Origin: the human T2T-CHM13v2.0 reference genome, Homo sapiens
Reading direction: 5' to 3' (one strand)
DNA length: 64,000 bases
Assembly: GCF_009914755.1 (NCBI RefSeq)
Contig: NC_060947.1
Shown: one piece after another, positions 52,821 to 64,000 of the stretch
How positions within the stretch are numbered: the first letter of the stretch is position 1
Layout of the letters: every line of letters begins with the position of its first letter
Translations under genes and position numbers: made by a program
Notes under the pieces: model-generated
Told to the model about the DNA's origin: nothing
The model's database searches: none
Seen by the model: the letters and a program-made list of their open reading frames with translations, nothing else

Positions 52821-53724
52821 GAGAGGAGTCAAGATGGCCAAATAGGAACAGCTCTGGTCTACAGCTCCCAGCGTGAGCGATGCAGAAGACGGGTGATTTC
52901 TGCATTTCCATCTGAGGTACTGGGTTCATCTCACTAGGGAGTGCCAGACAGTGGGCGCAGGCCAGTGGGTGCACGCACTGTGCGCAAGCTGAAGCAGGGC
53001 GAGGCATTGCCTCACTTGGGAAGCGCAAGGGGTCAGGGAGTTCCCTTTCTGAGTCAAAGAAAGGGGTGAAGGACGCACCTGGAAAATCGGGTCACTCCCA
53101 CCCAAATATTGAGCTTTTCAGAACGGCTTAAAAAACGGTGCACCATGAGACTATATCCCACACCTGGCTCGGAGGGTCCTATGCCCACGGAATCTCACTG
53201 ATTGCTAGCACAGCAGTCTGAGATCAAACTGCAAGGCAGCAGTGAGGCTGGGGGAGGGGCACCCGCCATTGCCCAGGCTTGCTTAGGTAAACAAAGCAGC
53301 CAGGAAGCTGGAACTGGGTGGAGCCCACCACAGCTCAAGGAGGCCTGCCTGCCTCTGTAGGCTCCACCTCTGGGGGCAGGGCACAGACAAACAAAAAGAC
53401 AGCAGTAACCTCTGCAGACTTAAATGTCCCTGTCTGACAGCTTTGAAGAGAGCAGTGGTTCTCCCAGCACACAGCTGGAGATCTGAGAACGGGCAGACTG
53501 CCTCCTCAAGTGGGTCCATGACTCCTGACCCCCGAGCAGCCTAACTGGGAGGTACTCCCCAGCAGGGGCACACTGACACCTCACACGGCAGGGTATTCCA
53601 ACAGACCTGCAGCTGAGGGTCCTGTCTGTTAGAAGGAAAACTAACAAACAGAAAGGACATCCACACCAAAAACCCATCTGTACATCACCATCATCAAAGA
53701 CCAAAAGTAGATAAAACCACAAAG
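52821..53724 (+). promoter_or_regulatory. L1 5'UTR internal sense promoter and antisense promoter region
   Basis: YY1 motif caagatggcc at 52830-52839; complete about 900-bp UTR with partly decayed CpGs; activity cannot be judged from sequence. Confidence 0.7.
53195..53269 (-). pseudogene. L1 ORF0 truncated at codon 25
   Basis: MAGAPPPASLLPCSLISDCCASNQ then TGA (CGA>TGA). Confidence 0.8.
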
Positions 53725-54741
53725 ATGGGGAAAAAACAGAACAGAAAAACTGGAAACTCTAAAACGCAGAGCGCCTCTCCTCTGCCAAAGGAATGTAGTT
53801 CCTCACCAGCAACGGAACAAAGCTGGATGGAGAATGACTTTGACGAGCTGAGAGAAGAAGGCTTCAGATGATCAAATTACTCTGAGCTACGGGAGGACAT
53901 TCAAACCAAAGGCAAAGAAGTTGAACACTTTGAAAAAAATTTAGAAGAATGTATAACTAGAATAACCAATACAGAGAAGTGCTTAAAGGAGCTGATGGAG
54001 CTGAAAACCAAGGCTCGAGAACTACATGAGGAATGCAGAAGCCTCAGGAGCCGATGCGATCAACTGGAAGAAAGGGTATCAGCAATGGAAGATGAAATGA
54101 ATGAAATGAAGCGAGAAGGGAAATTTAGAGAAAAAAGAATAAAAAGAAATGAGCAAAGCCTCCAAGAAATATGGGACTATGTGAAAAGACCAAATCTACG
54201 TCTGATTGGTGTACCTGAAAGTGATGGGGAGAATGCAACCAAGTTGGAAAACACTCTGCCGGATATTATCCAGGAGGACTTCCCTAATCTAGCAAGGCAG
54301 GCCAACGTTCAGATTCAGGAAATACAGAGAACGCCACAAAGATACTCCTCGAGAAGAGCAACTCCAAGACACATAATTGTCAGATTCACCAAAGTTGAAA
54401 TGAAGGAAAAAATGTTAAGGGCAGCCAGAGAGAAAGGTCGGGTTACCCTCAAAGGGAAGCCCATCAGGCGAACAGCGGATCTCTCGGCAGAAACCCTACA
54501 AGCCAGAAGAGAGTGGGGGCCAATATTCAACATTCCTAAAGAAAAGAATTTCCAACCCAGAATTTCATATCCAGCCAAACTAAGCTTCATAAGTGAAGGA
54601 GAAATAAAATCCTTTACAGACAAGCAAATGCTGAGAGATTTTGTCACCACCAGGCCTGCCCTAAAAGAGCTCCTGAAGGAAACGCTAAACATGGAAAGGA
54701 ACAACCGGTACCAGCCACTGCAAAATCATGCCAAAATGTAA
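53725..54741 (+). pseudogene. L1 ORF1p (338 codons) with one nonsense codon, R49*
   Basis: ATG at 53725, TAA ending 54741 (1017 bp); TGA at 53869-53871; frame otherwise open (248-aa ORF from M91). Confidence 0.93.
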
Positions 54742-54777
54742 AGACCATCGAGACTAGGAAGAAACTGCATCAACTAA

Positions 54778-58627
<3,850 letters not shown>

Positions 58628-58887
58628 ACAATGAGATCACATGGACACAGGAAGGGGAATATCACACTCTGGGGACTGTGGTGGGGTGGGGGGAGGGGGG
58701 AGGGATAGCATTGGGAGATATACCTAATGCTAGATGGCGAGTTAGTGGGTGCAGCACACCAGCATGGCACATGTATACATATGTAACTAACCTGCACAAT
58801 GTGCACATGTACCCTAAAACTTAAAGTATAATTAAAAAAAAAGAAAAAAAAGAAAAAAAATTAAAAAATAAAAAAAAGAAATTTGTG

Positions 58888-59663
58888 ATCAGGAGCATTC
58901 ACCAAACTGTCACCATCACATCTCAACACCCTCAGGAAAATAATTATGATCAGGGAATCCTGCAGACAACTAAGAATTCACTGAAGCAGATTATTCAAGG
59001 AGACTATTCAATACTTGCTAGGTCTTTGATTGGTTCTTTTATCATTTTATGCTCAATGTAATTAATTGAGTTTGTTGATTTACTAATGATATGACATCCC
59101 AGCCTTGCCCTGACTGTATCCTCTTAGACTTAAATGAAAACTTAAACATTCAAATTCCAGATGCTACTCTGTTTGAACATAGAACAACATATAACAGATG
59201 GTATTATTTAATAAATAATTGCTGGATGATGAATGAAAAAAATGACTGTGCCTATATAGCACTCATTTGTACCATAAGACTTTGTCTCTGCTAGTTAGTT
59301 AGGAGATGAACCAAGGTGGGTTCCTGCTCCCTAAGTAATGGAGCCTGGATCTTATCAGTCTAGAGGCAAATGGGTGAGGCGTTGTATTACCATAATGATC
59401 AATAATAAAGAACTTCTTATGGAGCTTTGTCAACAGCCAAACCATTAGACTTTTCTCTGCCAGAGCCATCTGTTGATGACTTTTTAGCTACACATCTGGA
59501 GGACACATCACAACAACAAAATGAAGAAAGCAGTAAGTCTTCTCTAGTTCCTGAGGTGACCAAAATGGAGTCACCTGGAATTTGTACACTTGCTAGAATA
59601 ATACAGAAGTTGATATCCATAATGGAGCTCCCTTGTCAGTTTAAAGACCACATTTTAAATAAT
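58888..59663 (+). mobile_element. Gypsy integrase, part 3: core C-terminal half, C-terminal domain and acidic tail
   Basis: HPQENNYDQGILQTTKNSLKQIIQGDYSILARSL (58927-59028), DLLM, DFVSAS*LGDEPRWVPAP*VMEPGSYQ (59278-59358), HNDQ (59391), low-complexity tail ending LPCQFKDHIL. Confidence 0.85.
59150..59245 (+). mobile_element. Probable L2 3'-end fragment
   Basis: catagaacaacatataacagatggtattatttaataaataattgctggatgatgaatgaa resembles the L2 terminus. Confidence 0.55.
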
Positions 59664-60103
59664 GGAGGGGGCAGGTTATGTATGCCAGGAAGCTCTATGC
59701 CAGGCTGTGTTTTTGTTCCTTGGACTTATTTATGGTTGCAGGCTGTAGTGATTCATTGGTGTGGCAGTAGAATTAGTGTACAACCTTGTTACAGACCAGT
59801 CAGGATTTTAGTCAGGCTTTCACTGGTGTAATGCAACCTGACACAATAGAAACAATTGCCTGGAGGAAACCCTCTCCTTCAGCCCTCTGAGCCTATACAG
59901 CAAATGGCAATATTCTAAAGGAATTCTGCTGTCTGTTGGATAATATTGCCTTTGCACAAAACACATGTTGGCCACCTGTGTCCTGTATTTATCCCCTGTT
60001 GCTACTTAACCATTCATACTAAGAATGTTTTGTTAAAGTCTTCCCCTCTTCAAACTTGCCCCACTTTAGTTACTTGGCTAACGTTTTGCCTTTTTTTCTA
60101 TCA
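59664..60103 (+). mobile_element. Polypurine tract and probable 3' LTR of the Gypsy element
   Basis: ggagggggcagg (59664-59675) directly after the integrase tail, then (g)gttatgtatg; poly(A)-signal-like gttaaa near 60032; candidate CA end at 60103; right boundary uncertain. Confidence 0.55.
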
Positions 60104-60712
60104 GAGGTTATTGCCACACACTCTTCACCCAAAAAAGAGGGAGGAAGAGTCTATTGACAAAGCAAAGTATTTTAAGAGGCTAAGGTGATTAAAAGAACAG
60201 TATGTGGAGGAGTCGGACACCACGAGGAGGAGGGATAGTGTTAGAACAGAAAACACTCTGTCTTTTCACTGGAGCTACAGCATATGGTACTTGGTGGTAT
60301 GACTGTTCATATCCTGGAATTTCTTACAGGAAATAGCTACACTTCAAGTGGAAACTTTGCTAAGGACAGAGCCCTAGAAGAAAACAATCAAAATGATTTG
60401 TGAAAACAGAGAAAGAAAGAGAAATACAGAGAGGAGGAGATGCACAAAGAAAGCAATGTTATTGAGTTGATGGGAGGCTGTTTTTGCATAGCAACGGGAA
60501 GTAGTCTTGAATGCTGTATTCCTTAATGTCCTACAATCCTAACTCTGAAGAAGGTAATAAAAGACAGGTTCATAAGAGCAAATCAGATTTTGTAGCCAAT
60601 GGGGTAACCTTATAGAAATCTTTGGTGAGAAGCCGTTTGAATAGAATTCTAGTTCATTAGAGTAGCTACAGATCCACCGTAAGATAATTTTTATAGCATC
60701 TATTTATTTAGT

Positions 60713-60925
60713 ACAGAATAATGAAAAATAGATCAACTTTGTAGTCAGATAATTTTGGTTAAATATTAGATCTGTCCCACACTACTAGCTCTGTGTGCTT
60801 TGACAAGGTAGCAAACCTTCCTTAGCCTTGGTTTCTATATTTGAAAAGCAGTTTAGGAACATTTATATCATAGAAATGTTTGCAAGATGTTTTAGATGAG
60901 ATCATACATGAAAAGCATGTGCTTA
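60713..60925 (+). mobile_element. MIR SINE (diverged)
   Basis: actttgtagtcagata..ctactagctctgtgtgctttgacaag..ccttggtttctatatttgaaaa. Confidence 0.7.
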
Positions 60926-61499
60926 AAATTATTTATCACTGTTGTTCATGGCATAAGCTATTAGTTTTTTGAAATAAAAAATTCAGGGAGCCATTGTGTA
61001 CATGTTAAGACTACCAGGCAAATTATATATGGCTTTTATTGTGTTAATCTCAGAATTTGCAACTTCAACCTTGTAATATACACTCCTTCCTAGTACTTTG
61101 GCTACTCAAAGAGATTCTTTTTGGGTATTGGAAATATGACTTTCTCCTCTGCAGGAGGAAAAATTGGTAAAGGGTGGATGTTCTCAAAATAACATATGGA
61201 AATTTTTCATCTTTAGTATTCCTAAGAATGCATGTAAAGGAACAACCAACTTACAAAATACTTATTTATAGTGACCATGTACTTGTAATCAATGAACTCT
61301 ACTTGTTCAATGTCTGAATTACAAAATTGAGAGAGAAAAACCTGGACAGTCACTCAGGAAATTTGAGCAGATTGATTAAACTGAGAAGAATGTGGCATCC
61401 AGTTTGACATTTTCTTGTTTGCACCTATGTGCTGAGATCAGATCACAGATGCAGTAGATTAGTTAGATGGTTCAGGGAAGGATAATGAATCTTAATATT

Positions 61500-61700
61500 G
61501 AATAACAGTACCTAGAATTTACAGAACACCTGATATTCAAATACTTCTCAGACATCATCACATTAATTTTCAAGCCCATCCTGTGAAGCAGATGTTGTTT
61601 TTGGTACACTAATGGGAAAAACAAGTCTCCAAAAGGTCAAAAGACAGGGTAGAACAAGTTAGAGATACAGCTAAGGATTAGAATTCAGGCCTACTGACTT
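61500..61700 (-). mobile_element. MIR-family SINE (diverged)
   Basis: catcctgtgaagcagatgttg..ggattagaattcaggcctactgact. Confidence 0.55.
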
Positions 61701-63189
61701 GCACTTGATTCATTTTATTGCTTTTTGAAATGTCAGAGGTAGTAGCTTAGGTCAAAAAGATGTTCTTTCAACTACATCAAGTTAAGAAGATAATAGTCAT
61801 TGGAACATCTCAAATTTTGTTGTTTTTTTTAAAAATTTGTTTGCTTGCTCACTTGTAGACACTCTGGCATCCACCACGGCATAAAACTCAGAACTGTATT
61901 CAAAGGGCTTTATGATTTTTTATACCTAAGATCACCAGAAAGTTCTTACTATAACTGTCTCCTGGCTGTGCTCCCCAAATCTTTGCTTCATGTATTACAT
62001 CTCTACAAAACAAATATTTCAATGCTCAAATAAGAAGGAAGAAACTATTAAATAGATACTTGAATCCCTAACATTTTATCTCTAGATCTTTGATTTGGCT
62101 GCAATCCAATAAATAGTATCTAAAATATTTGCCTTTCCTATTTATCATATTGTTCGTCTCTTGTAATTTCCCACATAAAATAAGTGAGCAGTCATGTGTC
62201 AATACAATTTTAATCAAGTTGTACCCACAGCAACAAGCCATAATCACTAGCTGGTGTTTGTTAAAGCCTTCAATAACTAGTGGGCTAAGATTCCAAGAAA
62301 CCTGATATTAAAAGCAGTTTTGGATCTTAGATACTATTTTCACCTCTCAAAATTGTCTACTTATATAGCAAGCAGGAAACCTATTGAGATTGTGTCAAAA
62401 GGCTGGGAAATTAATGGAATAATTGATTCATTTCTTAACTGCAAAGAAAAAGTAAAATATTGTATTCTTTAAATATATTTATTGATTGTATTGATTGGTT
62501 GATATTTGAGTAGACACTATGACATTTTCTATAAACTACCTATTACAGAACAATCATCAGATGTGTTCTTAAGATCTTCTGTTCTTGATAATAAGATTAA
62601 AGAAGGTTGGTTGCATGTTTCAGTAGTCTTGAGTTTTTCCAAAAATTAGTTAGCAATAATAACTACTTTCTCCTTCTTACTCATTAGTTATAATCACAAG
62701 GGAAAGTAGAATGGTTGATTTGGGAGTGACACAATGTTTTCAGGCATCATGCCATAATTACTAGATTTCATTAAGGAAATTATAGGATAAATTGTATGAA
62801 TGGGATATGGAATCTGTTATCTTTGGAAAGATATGCTTTCTCTTCTCTCCCCAAGGATTGCTGGCATTTCTCAAAGTGCTTATTTTCCTTGAGGAGTAAT
62901 GTTTTCTTTTGCATGATGTTCAACATATAAGTCTTTGTATCTTACCTAGGGGTCTCTCCATTTTCATAATACCCAGGCTCATTCACAAATATAGACACTC
63001 TTCTAGTACTTTACCATTTTAAAGTCAACAAGTAAATCTACTTCACTCTAATTGGAATCTCTAATTCACTATAATCTCTCTAATTTGCACCAATATGTGG
63101 GTCAACTCATTGTATATTATGTCATAAAGTTACCAAGATTTTAAGGGTCTTAAATTAAAAAAACAAACACATTCTTGTTATTTTCAGTA

Positions 63190-63365
63190 CAGCAGCCATT
63201 TCCTGAGCCATTATATTGGGCCAAGCACTTTGCTAGGTGTTGAGATACAAAGATAAAAAGACATAGTTGCTGCCCTAAACATGCTCACAAGCTGATGGAC
63301 AAAACAGACATGGAAACATTTAGCTTCTAAGGGTGGTAAGTGCAGAGAGATGCAAAGGTTGTTAG
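63190..63365 (-). mobile_element. L2 fragment
   Basis: catttcctgagc..gccaagcactttgctaggtgttgagatacaaagataaaaagacatagttgctgccct..gctcaca. Confidence 0.8.
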
Positions 63366-63661
63366 AAGAGCAATCTCTTATTCCAGGTGAGAATCTGTTA
63401 TGCAACCCAACCTATTATTTCAACATTCAGCACAAAATAACAATAATAACTTCTGATATCCTGTGGAGATTGAACAAAGCCTCGATTACCCCCACCCCCT
63501 CAAATCACTCTCCTCCAGTACCTCTGCCTGTTAGATGTTGCTATATTTTGTCTGATAACTGTAGGTTTCCTTCCTTTTATTCTACCTAAAAGACCAGTTT
63601 TAAGGGTCAAGCCCTAAATTAGATATACATATTTATTTTAGGAGGAAGGTTTTATTTTTCA

Positions 63662-63770
63662 CTTTTGTGAGGTGTTATTATTATTACATATCATGAATGA
63701 GGAAATTGACACTCAATGAAGAAAACTTCGAAAACCACACAACTGATAAGTGGCAGAGTGGGGCCTTAAG
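63662..63770 (-). mobile_element. MIR fragment
   Basis: tgtgaggtgttattattatt..atgaggaaattgacactca..cacacaactgataagtggcagag. Confidence 0.7.
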
Positions 63771-63967
63771 ATATAGGAGAGTTCTTAATCATGACACAAG
63801 AATTTTCCAAACTTTGGTCTTTTGGGTACCACTTTCATGATTTTGATATATCTATGTTAACATCTATTATTTACTTAATTAATAAAACCAGGCTCCCCTC
63901 CTTTGTAGAACCCTTAATCTTATCCTAGGCAATAGAATCTGAGTAATCACAATTTTCTGGTGCTAGC

Positions 63968-64000
63968 TATATATATATATATATACATATATATGTATAT
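63968..64000. repeat. (TA)n microsatellite running off the window end
   Basis: tatatatatatatatatacatatatatgtatat. Confidence 0.9.

Noticed and set aside
58671-58704. G-quadruplex-forming G-rich tract
   Set aside because: Standard feature of the L1PA 3'UTR.
59427-59831. 134-aa ORF as a novel gene
   Set aside because: Starts at TTG and runs from the integrase tail through the PPT into the putative LTR; explained by the fossil.

Overview
Primate (human-like) AT-rich genomic DNA, almost entirely transposable-element derived, with no intact protein-coding gene that I can support. Bases 1-46.6 kb are a deeply nested LINE-1 array (L1ME-like, L1MA-like and L1PA16- to L1PA4-like copies, mostly on the minus strand) with Alus and an MLT1 LTR. 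A full-length but dead L1PA2-like element lies at 52.8-58.9 kb. The main result is in the apparently unique DNA from 46.66 to 60.1 kb. Manual translation shows a heavily decayed, colinear Ty3/Gypsy LTR-retrotransposon pol on the + strand: protease C-terminus, RT, RNase H and a complete integrase, then a polypurine tract and a probable 3' LTR. It is split by FAM, HAL1 (with nested MIR, MER5, L1PA5), Alu, L1PA2 and L2-like insertions. The ORF track misses it because of stops and frameshifts, but excising the L1PA2 at its TSD restores an open integrase frame. Two short locally templated insertions are also visible. Subfamily names and reference motifs come from my recollection of consensus sequences and need confirmation with RepeatMasker/Dfam/HMMER.
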